Translations under genes and position numbers: made by a program
The notes under the pieces: model-generated
Told to the model about the DNA's origin: nothing
Databases searched by the model: none
The model's input: only the letters and a program-made list of their open reading frames with translations
Origin: an uncultured Candidatus Rokubacteria bacterium
Lineage (GTDB): Bacteria; Methylomirabilota; Methylomirabilia; Rokubacteriales; CSP1-6
Direction: 5' to 3'
DNA: 64,000 bases
NCBI GenBank assembly: GCA_963762145.1
Contig: CAVXJS010000022.1
Span: 73,885 to 137,884, forward strand
Part shown: positions 1-10,589 of the stretch, in pieces
Layout: every line of letters starts with the position of its first letter
Numbering within the stretch: the first letter of the stretch is position 1

Positions 1-30
1 GCGATCGTCGCATGCGGAGGATCGACTCCC

Positions 31-483
31 TCAGGCGCTCCGGCGACGCATCATGGCGGCGCGGCGGCAGGTCATCACCACATCGCCGTGCTGGTTGCGC
101 GCCCGGTGCTCGAAGATCACGATGCCCCACTGCGGCCGCGACTTCGACTCCCGCTTCTCGACGACCTCGGTCTCCGAGTAGATGGTGTCGCCGTGGAAGA
201 CCGGCTTCGGGAACTCGACCTTCTCGAAGCCCAGGTTGCCGACGGTGGTGCCGAGCGTGGTCTCGCCGACGCTCAGGCCGACCGCGATGCCGAGCGTGAG
301 CAGGCTGTTGACGAGCGGCTTGCCGAACTCCGCCGTCTGGGCCGCGTGGAAGTCGACGTGCAGCGGCTGCGGGTTCATGGTGAGGCAGGAGAAGAACACG
401 TTGTCCGACTCGGTGATGGTGCGTCCGGGCTGGTGCTTGTAGACCTGACCCGGCTCGAGCTCCTCGAACAGCTTGCCCGGCAT
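31..483 (-). CDS. MaoC-like (R)-specific enoyl-CoA hydratase / acyl dehydratase (hot-dog fold)
   Basis: 150-aa [29 protein letters not shown] ... FHGDTIY pattern is typical of MaoC-family dehydratases. Recognised by family resemblance only. Confidence 0.8.
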   Translation of the reverse strand: MPGKLFEELEPGQVYKHQPGRTITESDNVFFSCLTMNPQPLHVDFHAAQTAEFGKPLVNSLLTLGIAVGLSVGETTLGTTVGNLGFEKVEFPKPVFHGDTIYSETEVVEKRESKSRPQWGIVIFEHRARNQHGDVVMTCRRAAMMRRRSA

Positions 484-517
484 CGTCTTCTCCGCTCTCG
501 GAGCTGGGCGGGACGGC

Positions 518-1231
518 TCAGCGCGCGGGAGCGCGGACGGCGTCCAGCTCCGCGAGCACGCGGGCGCTCGAATCCACCCTCCCGAGCAGCCGCTGGAAGT
601 TCTGGCACGCCGCCTCGTGGAGCGGCCGGCTGGCCGCGCCGCAGCCGTCCTCCACGAGCAGGCAGCGGAAGCCGCGGTCGGCCGCGTCCCGCGCGGTGCC
701 CTCGACGCACGAGTTGGTGGACACGCCGGTGAAGACGAGCTGGTCCACGCCCCACGCCCGCACGAGCCGCTCGAAGCCCGAGGAGTGGAACGCGCTCATC
801 GTGGTCTTGTTGAGCACGGGCTCGTGCGGCCGGGGCGCGAGCGCGTCCAGGATCTCGTGCTCGCGCCGGCCCCGCGTGTTGCCCACCGCCTCCGCCATCG
901 GCCGCATGTGGGCCGGCAGGTCGCTGTAGTCGGGCAGCTCCGAGCCCACCGTGAGGAAGACCACCCGAAGGCTTCGCTCGCGGAATGCGGCGAGCAGCCG
1001 CTGGATGGTGGGAACCAGCACCGTCTCGATGCGATCGAAGCGCTCGGTTCCCTGGGCCTCGCGCCCTTGATCCTTCAGGAGCCGGCCCAGGCCCTCGTGG
1101 CGCGAGCCGCTCGCGTACTGCATGTCCACCACCACCAGCGCCACCCGGGCCGGATCGAGCTGGAAGCCCGGATTGAACTGGCTGCGCATAGTCCGGCGAC
1201 CCGCAGCCGGAGGCGAGGGGAGCGGATACAT
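518..1231 (-). CDS. isochorismatase-family cysteine hydrolase
   Basis: 237-aa [12 protein letters not shown] ... [17 protein letters not shown] motifs are typical of the isochorismatase/cysteine-hydrolase family. Alternative start at 1189 (MRSQF). Confidence 0.8.
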   Translation of the reverse strand: MYPLPSPPAAGRRTMRSQFNPGFQLDPARVALVVVDMQYASGSRHEGLGRLLKDQGREAQGTERFDRIETVLVPTIQRLLAAFRERSLRVVFLTVGSELPDYSDLPAHMRPMAEAVGNTRGRREHEILDALAPRPHEPVLNKTTMSAFHSSGFERLVRAWGVDQLVFTGVSTNSCVEGTARDAADRGFRCLLVEDGCGAASRPLHEAACQNFQRLLGRVDSSARVLAELDAVRAPAR

Positions 1232-1242
1232 GATCCGTGGCT

Positions 1243-1278
1243 CCCTCTCCCCTCTGGGGAGAGGGCCGGGGTGAGGGG
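1243..1278. repeat. REP-like GC-rich palindromic intergenic element, copy 1
   Basis: ccctctcccc-tct-ggggagaggg followed by ccggggtgagggg, lying between two minus-strand genes. A near-identical element occurs at 17091-17125. Confidence 0.6.
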
Positions 1279-1307
1279 CTCACAGCGGGACGGCCATGGC
1301 GGCGGGT

Positions 1308-2739
1308 CTAGCAGGCCGGACGGCGGAGCACGGCCGGGTCGATCCTCCGCGAGACCCACTGGCCATCGCTCGGGCTGCCGAGCAGACGGCCGCGCTCCGC
1401 GATGATCTTGCCGCGAAGCACGGTCATGACGGGCCAGCCGGAGACCGCCCAGCCCTCCCACGGGCTGTAGTCGGTCACGTGGAAGTCGTCGCGGGTCAGC
1501 GTCTTGCGGATCGTCGGATCGATCAGGACCAGGTCCGCGTCGCTGCCCGGGGCGATGACGCCCTTCTTCGGGTAGAGCCCGAGGATCCGCGCCGCGTTGG
1601 TGGCGGTGACGTCGGCGAAGCGCGTCAGCGACATGCCGCGCTTGACCACGCCCTCGGTGTAGCCGATGCCGATGCGCGCCTCCGCTCCGACGTTGCCGCC
1701 GGTCACGTCCTCGATGGTGCGGCCCTTGAGCTTGAGCTCGAGGCTCGTCGGGTACTCGTCGGTCGCGAGCGTGGAGAGCCCGTCGTGCACGAGCCCGTTC
1801 CAGAGCGCCTTCTGGTCCTCGGGGAACTTGAGCGACGGGTAGGTGTGCGAGCAGAACCCGCGCGGGGTCTTGTAGTACTCGGCGTTGAAGCACGCGTACT
1901 GGTGCAGCGTCTCGCCGTAGACGGGCAGGCCCTGCGACCGGGCCTCCGCGATGGACTCGACGCCCTCCTGCGCGGAGACGTGGACGAAGTACACGCCGGC
2001 CCCGGTCGCCTTGGCCAGCGCGGTCGTCCGCCGGAAGGCGAGCAGCTCCGAGAGCTTGGTGTGGACGAGATGGAGGTTGCTCCCCTCCATGCGCCCTTCC
2101 TCGCGGAAGCGCTCGTAGTTGAACTGGACCAGGTCCTCGTCCTCGCCGTGCACGACCATGATGCCGCCCGCCTTCGCGACCTTCTCCATCGCGAAGTGGA
2201 TGCGCCCGAAGTCGATGCGGTTGCCCGCGCGCTTGGGATGCGGCGGCAGCACGTTGGTGGTGAAGACCTTGAAGCTCGGGTACCCGGCCTGCACCGCCTC
2301 GCCGATCTGGTCGAAGACGCGGATCGGCAGCGCCCCCGCGAGCGTGAGATGGAAGGCGTAGTCCACGTACGAGTTGCCCTTCCACCGGCTCGCCCGCTGC
2401 TCGATCACGCGGCTGAATATCGAGGCCCGGCCGCACGTAGGCGAAATCGATGTGGGTGGTGGTGCCGCCGCACGCCATGCCCTTCGTGTCGTCCTCGGGG
2501 CCCAGGGTCATCGCGGGCTGCTCGGGATGCGACATGATGCCGTGGGCCAGGTGCGCGTGAGGCTCGACCCCGCCCGGCGAGACGATCTGCCCCGCCGCGT
2601 CGATGACGCGGGCGCCCTCGGTGGGCAGCGTGCCGGACGCGCCGATCACCGCGATCCGCTCCCCCTGCACGCCCACGTCCCACAGACCGACGCCCTGCGG
2701 CGTGATGACCTGCCCGTTGCGGATCACGAGATCGAGCAC
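1308..2739 (-). pseudogene. D-hydantoinase/dihydropyrimidinase (cyclic amidohydrolase) with one apparent frameshift
   Basis: The N-terminus (MLDLVIRNGQVITPQG...VEPHAHL...GGTTTHIDFAYVRPGLDIQ) is in the frame of ORF 1075..2739. The remainder (RVIEQRASRWKGNSYVDYAFHL... to stop at 1308) is ORF 1308..2408. The frame switch lies between about 2409 and 2425. Confidence 0.75.
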
Positions 2740-2786
2740 GGAAGGAGCCTAGCCCAGGTGACGCGCGGCCGTCAACGCTCGCGCGC

Positions 2787-4204
2787 TCACTGCAGCACCG
2801 GCCGGCGCCGGTGCCACGCGGTCGCGCGCTCGTAGGCCTCGCCCAGCCGCAGCAGCGTCGCCTCCTCGAAGGGCCGCCCCACGAGCTGCATGGCGAGCGG
2901 GCGGCCGTCGGCCGTGGCCCCACACGGGACGGAGAGCGCGGGAACGCCGAGCCCGTTGAACGGCCGCGTGAGCCGCGAGAAGCGCCCCATGCGGGCGATC
3001 ACGTCGGCCGACGCTCCCGCCTTCGCATCGGCGAGCGCGGGCGCAGGCTCCGGGATGGTAGGCGTGACCAGCACGTCGATCCGCGAGAAGACCGAGTCGA
3101 GGAACTCGCGCGTGAAGCGGGCGCGCAGCCGCTGGCCCTGCAGGTACTCGTAGGCGCTCACCATGAGCCCGGGGGCCAGCCGCTCACGCACCGCCGGCTG
3201 AAGCTCGCCGGGGCGCTCCTTGAGGAGCCGCGAGTGCACCGCGGCGCCCTCCGCGCGCACCATCGGGTTGCTGCACAGGCCGACGAGCGGCCCGGGGTCC
3301 GGCACCGTCACCGGCTCCACGACGGCACCCAGCGTCCGGAGCGCGCCCACCGCCTCCGCGAGCGCGTCCGACACCGCCGCGTCGAGATGCTCTTCGTAGA
3401 AGCCGCCGGCCACGCCCACGCGCAAACCCTTGACGCGGCCGTCGAGCGCGGCCAGGTAGTCCGGCACGGCCCGCCGGCTCGACGTGGCGTCGAGGGGATC
3501 GTGGCCCGCGATCAGACCCAGCAGGAGGGCGGCGTCGCGGGTGGTGCGGGCGAGCGGGCCCACGTGATCGTACGACCACGAGAGCGGCATGACGCCCGCC
3601 CGGCTCACGCGGCCGTAGGTGGCCTTGAGCCCGACCACTCCGCAGCACGCCGCGGGCAGCCGGATCGAGCCGCCGGTATCGGTGCCGAGAGCGCCCGCGG
3701 CCAGCGCCGCGGCCACCGCCGCCCCCGAGCCGCTGCTCGACCCGCCGGAAACGTGGCCGAGCCGCCACGGGTTCTGCACGTCTCCGTGATGCGCATTGTC
3801 GCCGAAGGGACCCAGCGCGAGCTCGGTCATGTTGAGCTTGCCGAGCGTGATCGCCCCCGCGGCCACCAGCCGCGCCACCGCGGTGCAGGGCGGCGCGCCC
3901 ACGAAGTAGTCGGCGGTGCGGGTCCCGCAGGAGGTGGGCAGGCCCGGGATCAGGCAGAGATCCTTGTGGGCGAGCGGGACGCCGTGGAGCGGCCCGCGCC
4001 AGGCGCCGGCGGCGGCCTCGCGCTCGAGCGTCCGCGCGGCGGCCAGCGCGCCGTCGCCGTCCACCGTGATGAAGGCGCGCAGGGTGGCGTCGAGCTTCGC
4101 GATGCGGTCGAGGTAGGCGCGGGTCAGCTCGACCGGCGAGAGCCGCCCGCTCCGGATCGCGGCGGCCAGCTCGGTGATGGGGGAGAAGAGCAGGTCGTCC
4201 ATGA

Positions 4205-4208
<4 letters not shown>
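2787..4208 (-). CDS. amidase (amidase-signature family, GatA-like)
   Basis: Intact 473-aa ORF with the GGSSSGSGAAVAA / GTDTGGSIRLPA amidase-signature block. Confidence 0.85.
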
Positions 4209-4911
<703 letters not shown>

Positions 4912-4915
<4 letters not shown>

Positions 4916-5647
4916 CGCCGCCCCTCCACCGCCCCCTCGCCCAGATAGGCCTCCACCACCCGCGGGTCGCGCGCCACCGCCGCGGGAGCGCCGTCGGCGA
5001 TCTTCTCCCCGTGGTGCAGGACCACGAGGCGGTGGGACAGGGCCAGGATCGCGCGCATCACGTGCTCGATGATGAGGAGGCTCACCCCGCGCTCGTGGAT
5101 GCGGCGGATCAGCCCGATGATCGCCTCGATCTCGGTCGCGTTCAGCCCCGCCATCACCTCGTCCAGCAGCAGCAGGCGGGGCCCGGTGGCCAGCCCGCGC
5201 GCCACCTCCAGGCGCTTGCGGTCGGCGAGCGTGAGATTGCGGGCGGGCACGTCGCGCCGCGGCCCGAGCCCGACGAACTCCACGATCTCGGCGGCCTGCG
5301 CGCCGGGCCGCGGCGACGTCACGCGACCGGTTGAAGGCGCCCACCATCACGTTCTCGAGGGTGGTCAGCCCGGCGAAGGGCTGCACGAGCTGGAACGTCC
5401 GCGCGAGGCCCAGGCGGCAGATCGCGTGGGGCTTGAGCCCGACCAGGGACGCGTCGTCGAAGGAGATGGCGCCGTCGGTCGGCGTGTGGAAGCCCGCGAT
5501 GAGGTGGAACACGGTGGTCTTGCCGGCGCCGTTGGGTCCGATGAGCCCGACGATCTCGCCCGGCGCGACCGTGAGGTCGAACCGGTTGACGGCCTGCAGG
5601 CCGCCGAAGCGCTTGCTCAGCCCGCGGACCGCAAGTCCCGCGCTCAT
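4912..5647 (-). pseudogene. livG: LivG-like ABC transporter ATP-binding protein with one apparent frameshift
   Basis: The N-terminus (MSAGLAVRGLSKRFGGLQAV...GPNGAGKTT...ENVMVGAFNRSR) is in the frame of ORF 4205..6478. The C-terminus (AQAAEIVEFVGL...LLLLDEVMAGLN... to stop 4912) is ORF 4912..5322. The switch lies at about 5310-5335. The start overlaps the livM stop (ATGA). Confidence 0.8.
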
Positions 5648-6597
5648 GCCGGACGTCCCGACGCGCGGCGGCTCCGGAGCCAGCCCATGAGCCCGTTCGG
5701 CAGGAACGAGATGACCAGGATCAGGATCAGCCCGTAGAGCATGATGTCGGCCCCCGCCCGGCCGCGCAGCACCGCGCGCGTGATCTCGGAGATCGGCGTG
5801 AGCACGAAGGAGCCCAGGAGCGGGCCGGCCACCGTCCCGGCCCCGCCCACGATGGCGGGCAGCAGCCCGCCGATGGAGATGGCCGGCCCGAAGGTCAGGC
5901 TCGGATCGATGTAGGCGAAGTACTGCGCGTAGAAGGTCCCGCCCAGCGCGGTGAGGAAGGACGACACCGCCATCGCGGAGAGCTTGGTGGCGAGCGCGTT
6001 CACCCCGGAGGCCTCCGCCGCGTCCTCGTTCTCGCGGATCGCGGCCAGCGCGTAGCCCATGCGCGAGCGCTCGATGGCCCGGCAGATCAGGAGCGCGCCC
6101 AGCACCATCACCAGGATCACGTAGTAGTAGGGCAGCTTGCCCGCGAAGAGGAACTGCAGCGGGGCCGAGCCCCGGCTCGGCACCACGAGGCCGAGCGAGG
6201 AGCCGACCGCCTTCCAGTTCACCGCCACAACCCGAAGCATCTCGGCGAACGCCAGGGTCACCAGGGAGAAATACGGGCCCCGGAGCCCGTACCGGAACGA
6301 GAGATAGCCCGCGAAGAGGCCGAACGCGGCGGCGAGCGCTCCGCCCGCGATCATGCCGAGCCAGGGGGTGACGCCGAGCTGGAGGAAGAGCAGGGTCGAG
6401 GTGTAGGCCCCGATCCCGAAGAAGGCGGCGTGACCGAAGGAGAACTGCCCGCCATACCCTCCGAGGATGTTCCAGCACGCTCCCAGATAGCCGAAGAACA
6501 GGATGCTGATCAGCACCTCGAGCCCGTACTTGGGCAGAAACGGCGGGACCGCCACCAGCAGGGCCAGCCCGAGCGTGATGGCGAGTCTAGCGACCAC
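5644..6597 (-). CDS. livM: branched-chain-amino-acid-type ABC transporter permease (LivM-like)
   Basis: Intact 317-aa polytopic membrane ORF in operon position between the livH-like and livG-like genes. Confidence 0.9.
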   Translation of the reverse strand: MVARLAITLGLALLVAVPPFLPKYGLEVLISILFFGYLGACWNILGGYGGQFSFGHAAFFGIGAYTSTLLFLQLGVTPWLGMIAGGALAAAFGLFAGYLSFRYGLRGPYFSLVTLAFAEMLRVVAVNWKAVGSSLGLVVPSRGSAPLQFLFAGKLPYYYVILVMVLGALLICRAIERSRMGYALAAIRENEDAAEASGVNALATKLSAMAVSSFLTALGGTFYAQYFAYIDPSLTFGPAISIGGLLPAIVGGAGTVAGPLLGSFVLTPISEITRAVLRGRAGADIMLYGLILILVISFLPNGLMGWLRSRRASGRPA

Positions 6598-7459
6598 GCC
6601 GTCCTCCGAACAACCCTTCCGGGCGCAGGAGCAGCACGATCACGAAGAGGCCGAACACCACGAGCTGCTTGAGCGAGCCGGGCAGGAAGGCGGCGCCCAG
6701 CGACTCGGCCAGCCCCACGATGAAGCCGCCCAGGAGGGCGCCCAGGAAGTTCCCCATGCCACCCAGCACCACGACCACGAAGGCCATGATGTTGAAGCTC
6801 TCGCCCACGTCGGGCGCCACGTAGAAGAACGGCGTCACGAGCGCGCCCGCCACCGCCACGCACGCCGAGCCGATGCCGAAGGCCACCCCTCGGATGCGGG
6901 AGACGTCGATGCCGACGAGCATCGCGCCCTCCGCTTCCTCGGAGAGCGCGCGGATGGCCTTGCCCGCGTCGGTCATGCGCAGGAAGGCCCACAGGGCGAG
7001 CGCGATCAGCACCGCCCCGACCGCCGCGATCAGCCGCGGCACCTCGACGAGCACGTCGGCCACCATGAACGACGCCCCCGAGTAAGCGACGCGCACGGTC
7101 CGGAAATCGCCCTGCCAGAGCACGAGGGCCAGGTTCTCGAAGAAGAGGGCCAGGCCCAGCGTGAGCAGGAGCTGGTTGTGCTCGGCCGCGGCGCGATTGG
7201 GCTCGATGACGATGCGCTGGATGAGGAAGCCGATGCCGAAGAAGAGCGGCCCGGTGACGAGGACCGAGAGGTACGGATCCACTCCCAGCAGCACGAAGAG
7301 CCAGTAGGAGGTATACATCCCGAGCATCATCACCGCGCCGTGGGCGAAGTTGATGATGCGCAGCACGCCGAAGACCAGCGAGAGCCCGCTCGCCACGAGC
7401 CCGTAGACGCCGCCGAGCAGCAGGCCGCTGACGACGGCCTGGAAGAAGAGCCAGGTCAC
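6587..7459 (-). CDS. livH: branched-chain-amino-acid-type ABC transporter permease (LivH-like)
   Basis: Intact 290-aa polytopic membrane ORF (MTWLFFQAVVSGLLLGGVYGLVASGLSLVFG...). Confidence 0.9.
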   Translation of the reverse strand: MTWLFFQAVVSGLLLGGVYGLVASGLSLVFGVLRIINFAHGAVMMLGMYTSYWLFVLLGVDPYLSVLVTGPLFFGIGFLIQRIVIEPNRAAAEHNQLLLTLGLALFFENLALVLWQGDFRTVRVAYSGASFMVADVLVEVPRLIAAVGAVLIALALWAFLRMTDAGKAIRALSEEAEGAMLVGIDVSRIRGVAFGIGSACVAVAGALVTPFFYVAPDVGESFNIMAFVVVVLGGMGNFLGALLGGFIVGLAESLGAAFLPGSLKQLVVFGLFVIVLLLRPEGLFGGRRGR

Positions 7460-7469
7460 CTCGCGGGGA

Positions 7470-8711
7470 CTAGCCCTTCCACTTGGGGACCGGGAACACC
7501 GGCTTGGCCTCGACGAAGCGCGCGGGGCCCACCACCACCGGCTTGCCGCCCTGCACCTGCAGCAGCGCGGGGGTGGCGTTGACGTTCTCGCCTGCCTCGT
7601 CGAACTTGATCGCGTCCTGGGTCAGGATGTGGTCGGTGAGGTTGGTCTTGCTGATCGCGTCGCGGACCTTCTCGCGATCGGTCGAGCCCGCCCGCTCCAG
7701 CGCGTCCTTCAGCACGAACATGACCTGGTAGCCCTGCACGCCGTGGTTGGACATGACCGAGTTGAAGCGCTTCTGGTACGCCTCGAACACTGCGCGCGAC
7801 CGCGGGCTCTGCGGGTTGTGCCAGTAGTTGCCGTCGAAGAGCTGCTCGGTGAGCTCTCGGTTCTCGGAGATGAACCGGGGATTGGAGTACGCCGCGTTGG
7901 CCAGGCCGACGAGGGCGTTGGCCCCGATGCGGAGCCTGGCCGCGGTCTCCGCGATGATCTTGGAGTCGCCGTAGTAGCCGCTGATCAGCAGCAGGTCGGG
8001 CCGCGTCGCCTTCACCTTGGACAGCTCGGCGGTGAAGTCGGGCGAGCGGAGGTTGTAGGGTACGCGCTGCACCAGCTCGTAGCCCATCTTGCCCGCGAAG
8101 GCCTCCACGTGGTTCCCCATGGTGGTGCCGAAGTTGCCGTCCTCGTGCATGATCGCGACGCGCTTGACCGGGGCGCCCGCGCTCTTGGCCATCTCGATCA
8201 TGTTGCCCACCGTCAGGGTCGCCATCGCCCGCGCGTTGGGCTGCATCCGGAAGGAGTAGCGCAACCCGCCCTCGAGCACGTTGTCGGCCACCGTGGCCAG
8301 GAGCAGGAACGGAGTCTTGTTCTTCTCGGTGACCTGGCGGACCGAGAACGCGACGAGGCTCGAGAAGGGCCCGATGATCGCGGTGACACCCTGGTCGATC
8401 AGGCGCGCCGCCTCCGAGTTGCCCAGCTCGACCTTGTTCTGGGTATCGCCCGGGAGGAGGACGATCTGCGCCCCGCCGAGCGACTTGATGCCGCCCGCCC
8501 CGTTGATCTCGTCCACCGCCTGCAGCAGCCCGTTGAGCGCGAGCTGCGCCTCGAACGCGAGCGGCCCCGTCACCGGGAGAATGTAGCCGACCTTCACCTC
8601 GCGGGATTGCGCGCGGAGGATCGCGGGCGCGACGAGGGTGGCGGCGCCCGCGGCACCGATGCTGGTGAGGAACCGGCGCCGGCCGATCCGCGTGGTGGTG
8701 TCGTTCGACAT
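7470..8711 (-). CDS. periplasmic substrate-binding protein of the Liv-type ABC transporter (Tat signal)
   Basis: ORF 7470..8765. The likely start is MSNDTTTRIGRRRFLTSIGAAGAATLVAPAILRAQS at 8711, with a GGAGGA RBS 5-10 nt upstream. Type-1 periplasmic binding fold pattern. Confidence 0.9.
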   Translation of the reverse strand: MSNDTTTRIGRRRFLTSIGAAGAATLVAPAILRAQSREVKVGYILPVTGPLAFEAQLALNGLLQAVDEINGAGGIKSLGGAQIVLLPGDTQNKVELGNSEAARLIDQGVTAIIGPFSSLVAFSVRQVTEKNKTPFLLLATVADNVLEGGLRYSFRMQPNARAMATLTVGNMIEMAKSAGAPVKRVAIMHEDGNFGTTMGNHVEAFAGKMGYELVQRVPYNLRSPDFTAELSKVKATRPDLLLISGYYGDSKIIAETAARLRIGANALVGLANAAYSNPRFISENRELTEQLFDGNYWHNPQSPRSRAVFEAYQKRFNSVMSNHGVQGYQVMFVLKDALERAGSTDREKVRDAISKTNLTDHILTQDAIKFDEAGENVNATPALLQVQGGKPVVVGPARFVEAKPVFPVPKWKG

Positions 8712-9117
8712 CGTGTCCTCCGGAGGGATTTCGAGTGGGTGGATGGCGGCGAGCCTAGCATCCACCTCCTACCCTGTCAACGCGCACGCCCTCTTCCGAG
8801 CGCGTGGAAACCGCCACGACAGAAGCACGAATCCCCGTTGCGGAATCGCTCCATCGCGAACGCGAGCCTCGTGCCTCGCGCGACGACGCGCGCGAGATCG
8901 CGCGCGCGAACGATTGATGAGCCCGCGCCGAGCCGGCCATCGCGGCCGTCTTCGCGCGCGGTCCTCCACCCGCGCTCGCGGTGAAGGTGGCGGCCGGGAA
9001 TCGGCATCCTCGGACGTACGCTTCACGGTCTTCGGGGAGGGCCGCCGCCCTGCGCCACGACCGGCGACGGCCTGGTGCGTCGTGACGCAGGACGGCCGGG
9101 CCAGGCCGGCTGCCCGT

Positions 9118-9177
9118 TCATCCACAGCTATCCACAGGGTTTCCCGCATCCCCAGCCTACCCACATCTTGGGGATAA
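9118..9177. promoter_or_regulatory. cluster of DnaA-box-like 9-mers
   Basis: TCATCCACA (9118-9126), CTATCCACA (9128-9136) and TTATCCCCA on the minus strand (9169-9177) are each one mismatch from TTATCCACA. CTACCCACA (9157-9165) has two mismatches. Confidence 0.4.
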
Positions 9178-9321
9178 CCTGGCTCAGGACCCCTACTCCT
9201 GGGGGGTGACGCAGTACGGCCAGAAGCCGAAAAGGTACATGTTGACTGGGGTTTGCGCTTCGACTAGAGTACCCCCTGTTCCCCCGCTACATAGACCATC
9301 CCCACGGAGGCGGATCGGTTC

Positions 9322-10452
9322 ATGATCACGGTTCCCGCGCACCGCGTGAAACAGTTCGGGGTGGAGTTCTTTCAGGCGTCCTTCTCGGCCAAGGACATCG
9401 ACCGCCTCGTGAAGTTCGAGGTCCTGGGCTACAGCGGGGCCGAGGAGCCCCCGAAGGGGAAGCAGCGCGCGAACCGAGCGCGGGTGAACTGGGAAGCGCT
9501 CGAGAAGCGGATCGGCGAGAGCGAGACCGCCTACCAGCGCCCGGTCATCCGACGGAAGATCGACGAGCTCGTGGGCTACTATCGCGATTGCAAGGACGCG
9601 GGGACCCTGCCCGCGATTCCCGGCGCGGTGATCATCACCTCGGAGAAGCGCTTCACCTTCACGCCGATGGCGAGCCAGCACGACCTCGGCCTGCTGCAGA
9701 TCCCGGAGGAGCACGGCGTGCTCCGCGTGCTGGACGGCCAGCATCGCCTGCTCGCGCTGCACGCGCTGACCCAGGCGGGGGAGAACCTCGGCATCGAGGT
9801 ACCCGCGGTGCTGTTCGACCGACTGGACGCGCGCCAGATCGTCGAGCTGTTCGTCACCATCAATGCCAAGCACACGCGCCTCAATCCCTCGCACATCGTG
9901 AGCCTCGCCGGGCGCAAGCTCTACCCGGATCCCAACCAGGCTCTCGCTCACGACGTGATCCGCTCGCTGAACGAGGACGAGACCTCCCCGCTCGCGGGCG
10001 ACATCAAGATGCTCGGCACCGGCCGCGGGCGCGTCTCGCAGGCCCCGCTCGCCGAGGAGATCGTGGACTTCCTGGACGCGGTCGAGAAGATCGGGGGCGG
10101 CGCGCGCATGAACGAGGTGCGCCACCACGCCAAGCGCTTCTTCCTGAACTACATGAAGGCGGTCGCGGGCGTGTTCCCGACCGCGTGGGCCGGCCGCAAG
10201 TACTCGATCAAGACCGGCGCAGCCCTGCGCGCGTTCATCCGCGTGGCGCCCGACGTCATGGCCCGCGCCCGGGAGCTCAAGCGCGACGCCTTCGACTTCC
10301 ACGCCATCCGCGAGGCGGTGAAGCCCTGGGGTGACCGCCTCAAGGACCGCCGCTTCGAGACCGAGGGCGAGTGGAAGAACAAGCTGCAGGGCGGGACGCG
10401 GGGGACGGTCGAGGCGCTGACGCGGGAGCTGCGGGAGGCGCTGCGGAACTAG
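9322..10452 (+). CDS. DGQHR-domain protein (DndB-like, ParB/sulfiredoxin-fold family)
   Basis: Intact 376-aa ORF with a GGAGG RBS upstream. Literal DGQHR motif at residues 138-142 (nt 9733-9747). It also has the upstream YQRP motif and the FVTINAKHTRLN block characteristic of DndB/DGQHR proteins. Confidence 0.8.
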   Translation: MITVPAHRVKQFGVEFFQASFSAKDIDRLVKFEVLGYSGAEEPPKGKQRANRARVNWEALEKRIGESETAYQRPVIRRKIDELVGYYRDCKDAGTLPAIPGAVIITSEKRFTFTPMASQHDLGLLQIPEEHGVLRVLDGQHRLLALHALTQAGENLGIEVPAVLFDRLDARQIVELFVTINAKHTRLNPSHIVSLAGRKLYPDPNQALAHDVIRSLNEDETSPLAGDIKMLGTGRGRVSQAPLAEEIVDFLDAVEKIGGGARMNEVRHHAKRFFLNYMKAVAGVFPTAWAGRKYSIKTGAALRAFIRVAPDVMARARELKRDAFDFHAIREAVKPWGDRLKDRRFETEGEWKNKLQGGTRGTVEALTRELREALRN

Positions 10453-10539
10453 TTCGCTCCTGCCCGCGGAGGGCTGTCAGCCGTTTCGGCGCTGGCGCAA
10501 CGCTGGCGCTTCGAGCTACCGGAAGCTTCCTTATCTAAT

Positions 10540-10564
10540 GCGGGGGCCCAGAAATGGCCCCCGC
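10540..10564. terminator. hairpin between convergent DGQHR gene and greA (possible bidirectional terminator)
   Basis: 9-bp GC stem gcgggggcc / ggcccccgc with a 7-nt loop. No clear U-tract. Confidence 0.45.
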
Positions 10565-10589
10565 ACTCCCCCAGTTGGCGGACAACCGT

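Noticed and set aside
8766-9321. Chromosomal origin of replication (oriC) at the DnaA-box cluster
   Set aside because: No AT-rich unwinding element, no dnaA/dnaN/gidA-type neighbours, and only four degenerate boxes. It is kept as a regulatory/titration-site hypothesis only.
9193-10302. 369-aa ORF antisense to the DGQHR gene
   Set aside because: It has no family resemblance and an Arg/Leu/Ala/Gly-biased composition, as expected from the complement of a GC-rich gene. The plus-strand ORF has clear domain motifs and an RBS.
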